From a virus (taxonomy: Duplodnaviria > Caudoviricetes), in IMG/VR virus record IMGVR_UViG_3300042518_000285, positions 981 to 64,980 of that record: 64,000 bases of DNA, one strand, 5' to 3'. The translations under genes and the position numbers were made by a program. The notes beneath the pieces were generated by a model. That model saw nothing but the letters and a program-made list of their open reading frames with translations, ran no database searches and had not been told where the DNA came from. Below are positions 53,335 to 62,498 of this stretch, one piece after another; position 1 is the first letter of the stretch; each line of letters begins with the position of its first letter.

Positions 53335-54878
53335 GTATCTTCAACCACATTTTTATAAAGATCGATGAGTCGTGAATGAATATCAACTTTCTCTGACAAC
53401 ATCTTGTAGATACGATGCTCGACTGGGCTGCCTTGCAGATGCACAACCGTACATGGGTTGCGTTGCCCAGCGCGATGCACTCGTGCATTAGCTTGTAGGT
53501 AAGTTTCAATAGATGTAATCGGACCCCACCAGACAACGACGTTTGCAGCATGAAGTGTTACACCGTGCGCAGCAGCTTGTGGTTGAATGACTAACACGTG
53601 TGGGCTGTCTGTCGTTTGAAAGTTGGCAAATATTTCCGTGCGTTTAGTTGCACTGATGCCGCCATGAATTACCTCAGTGCTAATTCCGTTTGACTTTAAC
53701 TCTTCGGCAATTATGTCAATGGCATGTTTGAACGGCGCAAACACAATGACCTTGTGGCTTGCCTCTTCTATAACTTCCAGCAGCGCGTTCAGGCGACTCT
53801 TGGCATCAAACGCCACCACCTCTCCAGTATCGGCATACACTGCACCGCACGACAGTTGTAATAACTTGTTGAGATTTGCCGCTGCATTGACAGTCGTGAT
53901 CTCTTCTCCTGCGGCGACCGTCATCATGTCTCTTCGGATCAGCTCGTAGAATTTCTTTTGTTGCGCCGACAGCGGAACATCTCTGGTTACGTACGTCATG
54001 TCGGGTAAGTCAAGGCACTCTTCTTTTGTGAATCGTATGGCTGGCTGCAACACATCGTGGACTAGCTTTTCTGATTGCGGCTTGGGTATCCACTTAAACT
54101 GTGTAATGCGTTGCATTACCATGTCGCGGAACGCGCCATAGAACTTAGGTACTCCGCTCGGGTTTATTAATTTCGCAAGGCCGTACGCATCGGTGGGCGA
54201 TTGCGACGCAGGGGTTCCGGTCAGCATCCATACCCAGCTTGTAGGTTTGATCAGCCCGGCTAGGGTCTTCCAACGCTTTGTCTGAACATTTTTGTAGGCG
54301 TTAGCTTCATCCACCACAATTAAATCAAAGTTGGCTTTCTCAACTTCTTCCTTGACGATCTCTAGCCCGTCGTAGTTGATGATCACAAACTCTGCGGAAC
54401 TGTTTATCGCTTCAACTCGTTTCTCTTTGTTGTAGCTGTGGGCGATAGCACATGTCCTGTGCATGGCGAACCGGAATAAGTCCGTCTCCCACGCTGGCTG
54501 CATGATGGACAGGGGACACAACACCAACACCCGCTTGATGACACCCTTGTTCAGTAAGTAGTCCGCTGCCCAGATAACGCTCGATGTCTTACCAGTACCC
54601 TGCTCGTTGAAACAGAACGCTCGTTTGTGCAGGGTTAGGAATGATGCGGTTTCTTTCTGGTGGTCGAACGGGCGGTACAGTCCGGGCCAGTCATACTGAT
54701 TTTTGATTGGGGACGGTACGTTCTTGATCCGCAGATTCTTCAGTACCTGAGCTTCTTCAAGCCCCCACTTCACCAGCACTTCGCCGGTATCTAGCACCTT
54801 GGCTTTTGGTATGACGGTTGTGATGCGGTTAGGTTCTTTAACGCGCAGCAGCAATGCCCTGTTGTCGATGATTTGCAC
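53331..54878 (-). CDS. SNF2-family (SF2) helicase; start revised to GTG (MQIIDNR)
   Basis: EQGTGKT, VVDEA, LTGTP, QANARVHRAGQ; SD GGAG before GTG 54878. Confidence 0.9.
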   Translation of the reverse strand: MQIIDNRALLLRVKEPNRITTVIPKAKVLDTGEVLVKWGLEEAQVLKNLRIKNVPSPIKNQYDWPGLYRPFDHQKETASFLTLHKRAFCFNEQGTGKTSSVIWAADYLLNKGVIKRVLVLCPLSIMQPAWETDLFRFAMHRTCAIAHSYNKEKRVEAINSSAEFVIINYDGLEIVKEEVEKANFDLIVVDEANAYKNVQTKRWKTLAGLIKPTSWVWMLTGTPASQSPTDAYGLAKLINPSGVPKFYGAFRDMVMQRITQFKWIPKPQSEKLVHDVLQPAIRFTKEECLDLPDMTYVTRDVPLSAQQKKFYELIRRDMMTVAAGEEITTVNAAANLNKLLQLSCGAVYADTGEVVAFDAKSRLNALLEVIEEASHKVIVFAPFKHAIDIIAEELKSNGISTEVIHGGISATKRTEIFANFQTTDSPHVLVIQPQAAAHGVTLHAANVVVWWGPITSIETYLQANARVHRAGQRNPCTVVHLQGSPVEHRIYKMLSEKVDIHSRLIDLYKNVVEDT

Positions 54879-54952
54879 TCTATCTCCAGACACTGATAGG
54901 CCGAAAGTGGTATTCCCACTTGCAGCCTATAAAAAATTACTTTGTAAACTAC

Positions 54953-55249
54953 TTACTTCTTTGCTTCGCGCTTGCTCTTCTCGGAAACTAGGTTCCCTTG
55001 GCTATCACGGCGAAACGATCTGTTTGCTGTTTTTGATTCTACACGGACTCCATCCTTTGTGGAACCCCCTTTATCGATGGCTTTGCGGTGGGCTACATCC
55101 TTACCATCGCCCTTACTAACCTTGCCATCTTTCAACAACTTCCTACGTGCAGCGTTACGTTCGACCCGATTGTTCTTTTGCTCTTCGGTTCCTTGGTAAT
55201 TGGCGTATTCACGTTTGTAGTTGCGATCTTCCTTATTCTTATAAGGCAT
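54953..55249 (-). CDS. Small basic HNH-like protein
   Basis: RNAARR...GDGKDVAH...ANRS. Confidence 0.65.
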   Translation of the reverse strand: MPYKNKEDRNYKREYANYQGTEEQKNNRVERNAARRKLLKDGKVSKGDGKDVAHRKAIDKGGSTKDGVRVESKTANRSFRRDSQGNLVSEKSKREAKK

Positions 55250-55559
55250 CTTGCGCTCCCCACTTGATTATGCTTGCAACCTTCTCGGCCTCAAGTATTA
55301 GCTTCATGGCGTGTAGCAACTCGCTACGTTCTACCCCACCAAAGATTTCAACATCCACAGCCGTTACGTCCTCGACTTTGATGTATTGATTATCCTTCCA
55401 ACGCTGCTTTATGTACAGATTTATGGTGGCACCACCTGCGTCCTCTAGACTGAGTACCGTTCTTGCGCTGTTACCACTGTCCTGATCACTTGTGTAACCA
55501 ACATCCATAAAAGCAGGGGGATCATCTGAGTCTGACAGCCGGATAACTAGATCGTTCAT
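55239..55559 (-). CDS. Hypothetical protein
   Basis: 106 aa, SD AAGGAG, coupled. Confidence 0.7.
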   Translation of the reverse strand: MNDLVIRLSDSDDPPAFMDVGYTSDQDSGNSARTVLSLEDAGGATINLYIKQRWKDNQYIKVEDVTAVDVEIFGGVERSELLHAMKLILEAEKVASIIKWGAQDAL

Positions 55560-56236
55560 CGGTATTCTCCTTTGCCATTATGAATACAATCCTTGACGGG
55601 GCACCACTGCCCACACGTGAAGTTTGGGCGCGGGTTCCATACCCCCAGCTCCACCGCTTTTTCCAATCTGTTAACGTCTTCTATCCACTTCGTCCAGTAC
55701 ATACCGGCGCTGTCTTTCTGGTACTCGGTGGTCACGAAGTCGTTTGCCACCACGAACAACAGCCCTGCCTTGATCTTTTTTACCTGCGGGAAATGTTTAA
55801 ATAAAGCTAACGACAGAATCTCCAACTGCTTGGTGTCGGCGTACTTGGCGGACTTGCTTGTTTTGTAATCCACCACGTAGGCTTTGTCCCCCCGCAGCAC
55901 GATCAAGTCAGCGATCCCTCTCCACCAAACATCTTTTGCACCGAACTTGCAGGGTTGCAGATCCCTAGTCAAACCAAGGCGTTGTTCGCAAAGCTTGTCC
56001 CCATCCATTGCTCGGATGCGCTCCAGCGGGGCAAGCAAGGTGCTGTACTTTGGTGGGATGGGGGTGCCATCTCTAATGTAGTCCTCGGCTGCTTTGTGTA
56101 CGTCCAAACCAAATCTCAGATGTTCCTGCGGCGGCTCGACGACATCCTTCTTTACCTTGAGTCGGTAATACTTGTGTGGACAAAGCTTGAACATATCAAG
56201 CGACGAGTAAGACCAAGCAACTTTAGACTGCGCCAT
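55556..56236 (-). CDS. PD-(D/E)XK nuclease (RecB/Cas4-like)
   Basis: WSYSS...CP, G..VH, E, RGIADL, VDYKT, QL, C..CP...C. Confidence 0.85.
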   Translation of the reverse strand: MAQSKVAWSYSSLDMFKLCPHKYYRLKVKKDVVEPPQEHLRFGLDVHKAAEDYIRDGTPIPPKYSTLLAPLERIRAMDGDKLCEQRLGLTRDLQPCKFGAKDVWWRGIADLIVLRGDKAYVVDYKTSKSAKYADTKQLEILSLALFKHFPQVKKIKAGLLFVVANDFVTTEYQKDSAGMYWTKWIEDVNRLEKAVELGVWNPRPNFTCGQWCPVKDCIHNGKGEYR

Positions 56237-58046
56237 AGTTATCTCCAACCCCAGCTTCACAGTTCAACGGAAGAGTAGCCGCCCAATCTGGACGCCACTG
56301 CATACAAGTTTCCACGTATTTTTTAGCATCACGAGCCTCTTCCAACGGAGCGATACACGCCACAGCATCATGCACGGTGAGCACCACTTTGTACTGCTTG
56401 GCGATCTTGATCATCTGCTCTGCAATTACACATCTAGCAACAGCTTGGCAGATGTTCTCAACCACCTTACCACCATAAATTTTCACGAGTCCCTTGCGGG
56501 TCTTGTATTGGAACTGCTCTTTACCCTCGGGGTCATATATACGCTCAAGCCCGTCGTACCGCTGCCACAACCCACTAGGTAGCAGGAACCCTCGCTCAGT
56601 CGGGTCGAACGTAACCGCATCCACCGCGCCGAACGGCGCTGCATTACCACTGATGATGGCACCCAAACATGTATGTGCTTGCCGCCACAACGCTGGAATC
56701 TTGGCGTAGGTCTGGCGATACACTGCGATGATCCGCTTACATTCCTCCAGCGGGATGTCCACGCCAAATATTTTTAATTGCGCTTGGAACTTCTCAGCAC
56801 CCATGCCGTAGCCAGCACCAAGAATCGTGGTCTTCCCCACGAACCGTTCGTCTGCACTAATGCTCTCAACTTCTTTGCCGTAGATAGCGGACGCCATGAT
56901 CTTGTACACGTCCTCGCCCTTGTCGAACGCCTCGACCAAATCATCCTGCCCTGCCAGCCACGCAACTGTCCGCGCTTCGATCTGCGATGAGTCCGAGTCA
57001 ATAATGACGTGCCCTTCCGGTGGCTTGATCGATGACTTCAACTTACCTGCGTTCTGCCCTCGGCTTGGCAGGTTCTGTAGGTTGATCTTGTCATCCCCAC
57101 CCCAACGCCCAGTATGTGCGGCGTAGTACTTGATGGGTACGGGCAGCTTGCCGCGATTGGAAATATCGATAAACCGTTGAGTGCGAGTCTCTTCCAAAGT
57201 TGTTTTCGTACCAAGCCGCGCAGCCACTAGCGCTTGTACACGTGGGTCAGGATGCTTTGCCAACTCCTTGAAGTCTTCATCAGTCTTGGCAAACGCCCAC
57301 GCTTCCTTGCCCGTCCGCGCACTTATCTTGCGAGGTGGGTCAACCCCCAGACTGATAAGCAGTTCTGCAAACTTGTCGTTGGACATCAACGTATCTTTGT
57401 CTGATGCCGCCGCTGCCAGAAGCTTTTCTTTCTTGGTCTTAACGTCTATAAGATGCTGCTCCAACATAGCCGTATCCAACTCCAGCTCTGGTTCTACAAA
57501 CATCTTTAGCGTTGTGTCGATAACCTTAAGTTCTTTCTTAGGAAAAGACTTCATCAGAATACTAAATAAGGTGTGCGTCAAATCCACGTCGTTGCGACAG
57601 TACGCACCGTACTGCGCCAACTCTTCTTCCGTGAAATCCACCCTGCGCTTACCCAGCGCGTTGATAACCTCGTCTCCCTTAGCACCGATCTGATAGCGTT
57701 CTACCAACGCTTTCAAGCTACCTCCGGCATCCACGCCGTGCAGTGCGCGTGACATACAGAGCGTATCGAACCAGCCTTTGGGGGTGACGCCAAAGTGCCA
57801 CGACAGAATGGCTCCATCAAACATCGTGTTGTGTGCCAACACAAATGAGTTAGCCCAGTCGTACTGACGCAGATGCTTCCTGAGTTCGTCTTTAGTTCCA
57901 GAGAACCATGACGTTTCCTCGTCGTCAACCTTGATACCTACACCGATAACTTCAAATTTATCGTCACGTACGTATTCTTCGGTGGTCAATTTGGATAGGG
58001 AAAACTCTTTGTCGTAGTACGTTTCAAAGTCTACGGTGAGTATCAT
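56223..58046 (-). CDS. polA: DNA polymerase family A with 3'-5' exonuclease
   Basis: DFETY, AHN..FD; TGRW, NLQNLP, DSSQIEAR, KTTILGAGYG, VHDA. Confidence 0.93.
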   Translation of the reverse strand: MILTVDFETYYDKEFSLSKLTTEEYVRDDKFEVIGVGIKVDDEETSWFSGTKDELRKHLRQYDWANSFVLAHNTMFDGAILSWHFGVTPKGWFDTLCMSRALHGVDAGGSLKALVERYQIGAKGDEVINALGKRRVDFTEEELAQYGAYCRNDVDLTHTLFSILMKSFPKKELKVIDTTLKMFVEPELELDTAMLEQHLIDVKTKKEKLLAAAASDKDTLMSNDKFAELLISLGVDPPRKISARTGKEAWAFAKTDEDFKELAKHPDPRVQALVAARLGTKTTLEETRTQRFIDISNRGKLPVPIKYYAAHTGRWGGDDKINLQNLPSRGQNAGKLKSSIKPPEGHVIIDSDSSQIEARTVAWLAGQDDLVEAFDKGEDVYKIMASAIYGKEVESISADERFVGKTTILGAGYGMGAEKFQAQLKIFGVDIPLEECKRIIAVYRQTYAKIPALWRQAHTCLGAIISGNAAPFGAVDAVTFDPTERGFLLPSGLWQRYDGLERIYDPEGKEQFQYKTRKGLVKIYGGKVVENICQAVARCVIAEQMIKIAKQYKVVLTVHDAVACIAPLEEARDAKKYVETCMQWRPDWAATLPLNCEAGVGDNYGAV

Positions 58047-59065
58047 TGAATTCCTTGTCGTTGCACTCGTTTGTTTTTAGCATCGTCATAAAGACCAACT
58101 GCGTAGTCCTTCACGATCTTGCCATTCTTCTCATCACCAACCAGCATCGGGTCGATGAACACAGTTTTACCCGACGCGTAGTGCCTCCAGTGCCCACGCC
58201 GCCAGTGCTGTTTTGGTGAAGCATGTGTGCCAGCGGGTGGTGCTTTGATCGGGTCTGGTTTCTTGCCATCTATTGTAATCAATTTAAACTCGATTAAGGG
58301 TTTTTTGCCTTTTCGAATTCGTTTTTTATTTTTATCACTTTCTTCTTTAGTTGGTATTGAGATGCACACCTGTGCGGTAGAAGGGTTCAGCGTCATCATG
58401 TATATAGTTTCGGATAAGTAACGTGATATTTTTTCAATTTCGTATTGACTTATCCATGATTTTTGTTCTGGAGGAATTCCTATTAATATTTTTGGCGCTC
58501 CTGTTGGAGTTTCTCCATAACTCATGTGTATTTCCACAAGAAATACGCCTTTACCTGATTGTCGGCCTATCATGGGTACAATTACACACACAGATTCGTC
58601 AGATAATTGACTAGCGCAAAACGAAAAGAAATATCTTAAATGCCCGTCACCATAATCTGCGGTTTGCCTATGGTGTTCAGGTACAATTTTTTCTATGTCG
58701 TCATAAGGTTCCCCCACAACTACTACTAGCTTGGGGAAAGGCAGCTTCAGCGCTTGTACATTCTTGAAATGTGGATTAATTATTACATCAGCAAAATCAT
58801 CGTGTTCTAGCAAAATTTTCGGATGATCCAAAATGGCGGATGTAACGATACTTCCAGCGTCTTTTGATCCTCTGTAAGCCCCGCTTTGCACTGTTTCGAC
58901 ATGATTCTTCCAGTACTCAAGTACTAATGTTTTGACGGGAATATCTTGAAAAACTTCTTTTACAGTTTTGAAACCTTTGGCAGATATAATTCCACCGGTT
59001 ATTAAATTATCATTGCCTGTCGCTACAATTTTAGAGTCTACTTCTGAAATAACCGTTATTGCCAT
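58043..59065 (-). CDS. Hypothetical protein with C-terminal HxRRGHWR motif
   Basis: HASPKQHWRRGHWRH; AT-rich coding sequence. Confidence 0.75.
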   Translation of the reverse strand: MAITVISEVDSKIVATGNDNLITGGIISAKGFKTVKEVFQDIPVKTLVLEYWKNHVETVQSGAYRGSKDAGSIVTSAILDHPKILLEHDDFADVIINPHFKNVQALKLPFPKLVVVVGEPYDDIEKIVPEHHRQTADYGDGHLRYFFSFCASQLSDESVCVIVPMIGRQSGKGVFLVEIHMSYGETPTGAPKILIGIPPEQKSWISQYEIEKISRYLSETIYMMTLNPSTAQVCISIPTKEESDKNKKRIRKGKKPLIEFKLITIDGKKPDPIKAPPAGTHASPKQHWRRGHWRHYASGKTVFIDPMLVGDEKNGKIVKDYAVGLYDDAKNKRVQRQGIQ

Positions 59066-59066
59066 A

Positions 59067-59366
59067 TCAGATCTCCGCTAGGTATTTGACAAGTTCGCTC
59101 GTTTTATTTGTGGGTTTCAACTTCTTGATACGTAGGTTCTCATCATCACCAACACGTGAGAGCAACCCAGACTGCACCAACCGCTTCATCCGCGCATGCG
59201 TCGTAGCTTCAGACGCACCGTCGAAATTTTTTATGAACTGCATGGTCAGCACGTCACCCTGCTTGTTCATCTCGATCACAGAGTTAAGGATCAGTAGGTC
59301 GGTGCTATCGACTTTGAACTTGTCGCGCACGTTGTTTAGGGCTTGCGCCAATTTATCTAACTTCAT
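59067..59366 (-). CDS. MarR-like winged-helix protein
   Basis: SEATTHARMKRLVQSGLL.R..D..NLRIK. Confidence 0.7.
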   Translation of the reverse strand: MKLDKLAQALNNVRDKFKVDSTDLLILNSVIEMNKQGDVLTMQFIKNFDGASEATTHARMKRLVQSGLLSRVGDDENLRIKKLKPTNKTSELVKYLAEI

Positions 59367-59575
59367 TTGTTTCTCCTGACACGGTAATAGTAGTAGCGAT
59401 CTTCGCCTCGGAATTTAAACTCGATCACATCAAGTTCTTTTAGCATGACGATGTACCGCTCTGCGCTACGGATGCTTCGCTTCAGTATCCGAGCAACATC
59501 TTTTACGTTAAACAAATACCTGCCCTGCAACTTCCGCTGCAACTTAACCAACATACCTTTGCTTGGCTGGCTCAA
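59363..59575 (-). CDS. Winged-helix/HTH protein
   Basis: VKDVARILKRSIRSAERYI. Confidence 0.65.
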   Translation of the reverse strand: MSQPSKGMLVKLQRKLQGRYLFNVKDVARILKRSIRSAERYIVMLKELDVIEFKFRGEDRYYYYRVRRNK

Positions 59576-59769
59576 ACCTTCACCTTGTAAAACTTAATGC
59601 TGCCCTGCTTGGTTACTTCTACCAACCCAATTGATCCAAAGAAATCCAGTGCCCTCTTTGCATGTGTCTCACTGACGGTAAGCGCTTTCACAACTTGCTT
59701 GACGGTTACAGGCGCCTTCTTATCAGTGACATACGTAAAGATCTTTTCGTCCTTTGGATCAATCGCCAT
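59572..59769 (-). CDS. Winged-helix protein
   Basis: VTVKQVVKALTVSETHAKRAL..F...GLV. Confidence 0.65.
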   Translation of the reverse strand: MAIDPKDEKIFTYVTDKKAPVTVKQVVKALTVSETHAKRALDFFGSIGLVEVTKQGSIKFYKVKV

Positions 59770-59992
59770 AATTTTTTCCCTTGATCAAGTTAAGCATTAC
59801 GACATAAGCCTTCGTGCTTTGCTCGTGTGTGTTCGCGTACACCATATCAAATGCTGCTTCGTACACCCGCGAAAGTTCAATCAGTACAGAAGCAGCTTCT
59901 AAATCATCCTCATTACGGGGCATCTCTCTAAAGTTGTTTGCCAGACGTGTGGCTTGTCTAGTTAATTTCATTTGTATATCCTGCTTTGCCAA
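59759..59992 (-). CDS. Hypothetical protein
   Basis: 77 aa, overlaps neighbours within the operon. Confidence 0.6.
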   Translation of the reverse strand: MAKQDIQMKLTRQATRLANNFREMPRNEDDLEAASVLIELSRVYEAAFDMVYANTHEQSTKAYVVMLNLIKGKNYGD

Positions 59993-60300
59993 AGAGTCAC
60001 GCTAGGCATGTGGTTGTGTGATTTTTCCGGTACGACTTTCTTTACAGGGTTTATCCATCCTATTATGTTCAATGCTCTTACGCCTGACACCCATACATTC
60101 GGATGAACATGCTTTGGACGGGCTAAACCATTCTGGTGACAGAACGCTCTGAACTCTTCACCACGCACATACGGTTTCGATAGCAACAGTTTTTCAGCAT
60201 GTTCGAGATAGGATTCCACGAACTCAGGTGCTTCGCTGTTGGCTTTATTCCAGCACTTGTCTGCTAGATCAAGCGCGTTTTTCATACGGTCACTTATCAT
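59968..60300 (-). CDS. Hypothetical protein
   Basis: 110 aa, SD GGGGAG. Confidence 0.7.
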   Translation of the reverse strand: MISDRMKNALDLADKCWNKANSEAPEFVESYLEHAEKLLLSKPYVRGEEFRAFCHQNGLARPKHVHPNVWVSGVRALNIIGWINPVKKVVPEKSHNHMPSVTLWQSRIYK

Positions 60301-60333
60301 CTCGTCTCCCCATAGGTTTCAACAAATCTTTCT

Positions 60334-60555
60334 TCATGGCGCACCCCTTTCGCGGATAGCAAAAGCAACACCATATCGCGGCATGCCGTTACATCTCCAG
60401 TTCTCAGCAATATCAGCACACGCCTCACGCTCTGCTGCTGCGACTAGGTTGGCGAAGCGTTCCAAATGCTCAGCATCCATCACTACCCCTAACGCCATCG
60501 TGCCGTGAAAGAGTCCGTGTTCTTGTATCAACTTGTTGATGTCATCTCTGTTCAT
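60334..60555 (-). CDS. Small phage protein with AAAEREACA motif
   Basis: MNRDDI...LERFANLVAAAEREACA...AIRERG. Confidence 0.75.
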   Translation of the reverse strand: MNRDDINKLIQEHGLFHGTMALGVVMDAEHLERFANLVAAAEREACADIAENWRCNGMPRYGVAFAIRERGAP

Positions 60556-60707
60556 CGCTTCTCCTTATTTACATTGCGGTAGATGCTCTCGCTCTTACGG
60601 TCTAAGCATGCTCGGCATATCCAGCGCCTCGTTTTGTTCACGAGTTTGTACTCACCTGTAGCTTCTTCTCGGTGGCATTGGCAACTGGTACAGAACCGCG
60701 TCTTCAT
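60552..60707 (-). CDS. Small zinc-finger protein (51 aa)
   Basis: Hand translation MKTRFCTSCQ...RWICRACL...; coupled on both sides. Confidence 0.65.
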   Translation of the reverse strand: MKTRFCTSCQCHREEATGEYKLVNKTRRWICRACLDRKSESIYRNVNKEKR

Positions 60708-60910
60708 TAAATCCTCCGCTGGCAATTGAACGCTTGTATGTCTGCGCGGAATGATCCGGCGAACTTGCAGTCAGAAACAATCCGTCCCTCAGTGGTCACG
60801 CCGCCGATCCATAGCCCAATCAAAAACAAAAAGATGGCGATCAACGACTTTGCCCACACTGCGTTGATCCAATTCCAAACTGCTTTAAAGTTAACCGTTT
60901 CGACAATCAT
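60707..60910 (-). CDS. Small membrane-anchored protein
   Basis: TM LIAIFLFLIGLWIGG, two Cys. Confidence 0.65.
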   Translation of the reverse strand: MIVETVNFKAVWNWINAVWAKSLIAIFLFLIGLWIGGVTTEGRIVSDCKFAGSFRADIQAFNCQRRI

Positions 60911-61020
60911 TTTCGTTCCTCATCTAACAACATATACAACGCTGCTAACACCCCAAACACCAACACTGCGACCCCAGCACCCATAAGTAAGATACCTGCG
61001 ATCATCAGAGTGGCTGTCAT
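60907..61020 (-). CDS. Small membrane peptide (37 aa)
   Basis: MTATLMIAGILLMGAGVAVLVFGVLAALYMLLDEERK; ATGA overlaps on both sides. Confidence 0.55.
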   Translation of the reverse strand: MTATLMIAGILLMGAGVAVLVFGVLAALYMLLDEERK

Positions 61021-61223
61021 CTGAGTAACCCCCTTATCTTCTCGATTGACCATCCGGTTTTATCGTAGATATGCAGTATGCGTTCCGCCGACACGCCTTG
61101 AAACCCGTTACGCCATTTAGATAACGCGCTTGGTGGTACTTCCAAAAACTTAGCAAGTGCTGCGTCATTCTTCAAACCAAACTCTTTTATCAATGTGTCC
61201 AGCAAAAGAAAAGAACTTTTCAT
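61017..61223 (-). CDS. XRE/Cro-like HTH regulator
   Basis: KNDAALAKFLEVPPSALSKWRNG. Confidence 0.8.
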   Translation of the reverse strand: MKSSFLLLDTLIKEFGLKNDAALAKFLEVPPSALSKWRNGFQGVSAERILHIYDKTGWSIEKIRGLLR

Positions 61224-61234
61224 GATTACCCCAA

Positions 61235-61432
61235 TCAGATGCGTAGCATAAATCCAAATATCTTTGACAGAAAATTATGCTGATTGTCCCTATACCCGAG
61301 CAACACGTTCTGCATGAAGCGTTCTTCCGGCGTACGATCTTCTTCCTTCACCTGCGGCACGTAGAACTGCCCAATCCTCGGTGGCTCTTCCTTGATGAAC
61401 CGTCCATCTCTCAACATGTCAACCTCCCTCAA
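61235..61432 (-). CDS. Hypothetical protein (likely start MLRDG)
   Basis: SD GGAGG; within the operon. Confidence 0.6.
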   Translation of the reverse strand: MREVDMLRDGRFIKEEPPRIGQFYVPQVKEEDRTPEERFMQNVLLGYRDNQHNFLSKIFGFMLRI

Positions 61433-61760
61433 AATTTTTTAAAAAATTAAGAAAGACCCCATCGTTCAATTTATTAACGTCTGTTAACAAAACTTTTAGT
61501 TTGTCGAGTCCCGTTTCATCAACGGCGACTGCTATGCCCCCCGCCGATGATAGTTCTCGCAAATTCTTTACTTGAAGCGCAGTGGGGTTATTGCCGTTTG
61601 CCTTGCACTCAATACCGATAAATTTACCATGTAAGCAAGCGACAATATCAGGAACTCCTGACGATCCGTAACCATGCGTAGCTGGCATGAAGTGGTAGGC
61701 TCCATGCGCAGCTAATAACTTCTTCACCTTATCCTTAACTTTGCTTTCAGGTGCAGGCAT
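61419..61760 (-). CDS. VRR-NUC domain nuclease
   Basis: PE..VK, GVPDI, FIGIECKA, PTALQ, AGG. Confidence 0.85.
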   Translation of the reverse strand: MPAPESKVKDKVKKLLAAHGAYHFMPATHGYGSSGVPDIVACLHGKFIGIECKANGNNPTALQVKNLRELSSAGGIAVAVDETGLDKLKVLLTDVNKLNDGVFLNFLKNFEGG

Positions 61761-61762
61761 GG

Positions 61763-62161
61763 CTACGTGCGTTTGGTGATGGTGATTTTGGATTCCAGAT
61801 AACGTAGGACAGCTAAGGTGTCGTAGTATTTGATGGTGGTGTCCTGCAACTTCTTCTGCAAATTATCGATCTCTGCTTGCGCCCGACCAAGCTGCTTCGC
61901 AAAAGATATCTCTGGTCTGGATGGTAGTGTTTTGACTGGCTCAACATTCGGCGTTATGGCAGTCAACGCAGGGGCATCGGCTATTGCGTACCGCCCATTG
62001 CCTAGCTTAGTTAGATAGCCATTCTGTTTCAACGTACCAAGCGCGGTGTACACACGACCAGCCGCCCTGCCAGTAGTTGTGATGAGTTCTTTTGGCTTCA
62101 TCGGGCCGTGTGTTTTGATAGCGCGGGTTACTGACTCACGAACTGAGATTTTGGTTTTCAT
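61763..62161 (-). CDS. Winged-helix + coiled-coil protein
   Basis: GPMKPKEL...VYTAL..L...GYL.K...GRY. Confidence 0.7.
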   Translation of the reverse strand: MKTKISVRESVTRAIKTHGPMKPKELITTTGRAAGRVYTALGTLKQNGYLTKLGNGRYAIADAPALTAITPNVEPVKTLPSRPEISFAKQLGRAQAEIDNLQKKLQDTTIKYYDTLAVLRYLESKITITKRT

Positions 62162-62430
62162 TTGCACTCTTCCTTTATTTGTTGAAATTCGTCATACGTA
62201 ATGTAGATAACAATTATGTTGTCTTGCAGTCTTCGTCCTATAAATTCTCCTTTGGTAGATTTATTAACATCTGTTAACTTGAGCATAGCGAACCGTTCAA
62301 CTACGAACTTAGGCGCAACATGAAACTCTGCGATCCAAACCGTTTCAAGTGACTCGTTATCTCGCGCAACGATGCTAATCGAATCGCCGCGCTCATCCAT
62401 AGTTACCCAGATAACAAATCTTCGATCCAT
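62158..62430 (-). CDS. Hypothetical protein
   Basis: 90 aa, SD GAGGA, own promoter. Confidence 0.7.
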   Translation of the reverse strand: MDRRFVIWVTMDERGDSISIVARDNESLETVWIAEFHVAPKFVVERFAMLKLTDVNKSTKGEFIGRRLQDNIIVIYITYDEFQQIKEECK

Positions 62431-62451
62431 AATAATCCTCGTTGTGGCTAT

Positions 62452-62480
62452 AATTTATAAACATACTCTAACATTGTCAA
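62452..62480 (-). promoter_or_regulatory. Sigma70-type promoter
   Basis: TTGACA-N17-TAAATT. Confidence 0.7.
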
Positions 62481-62498
62481 GCCCCACAACAAAGATTT

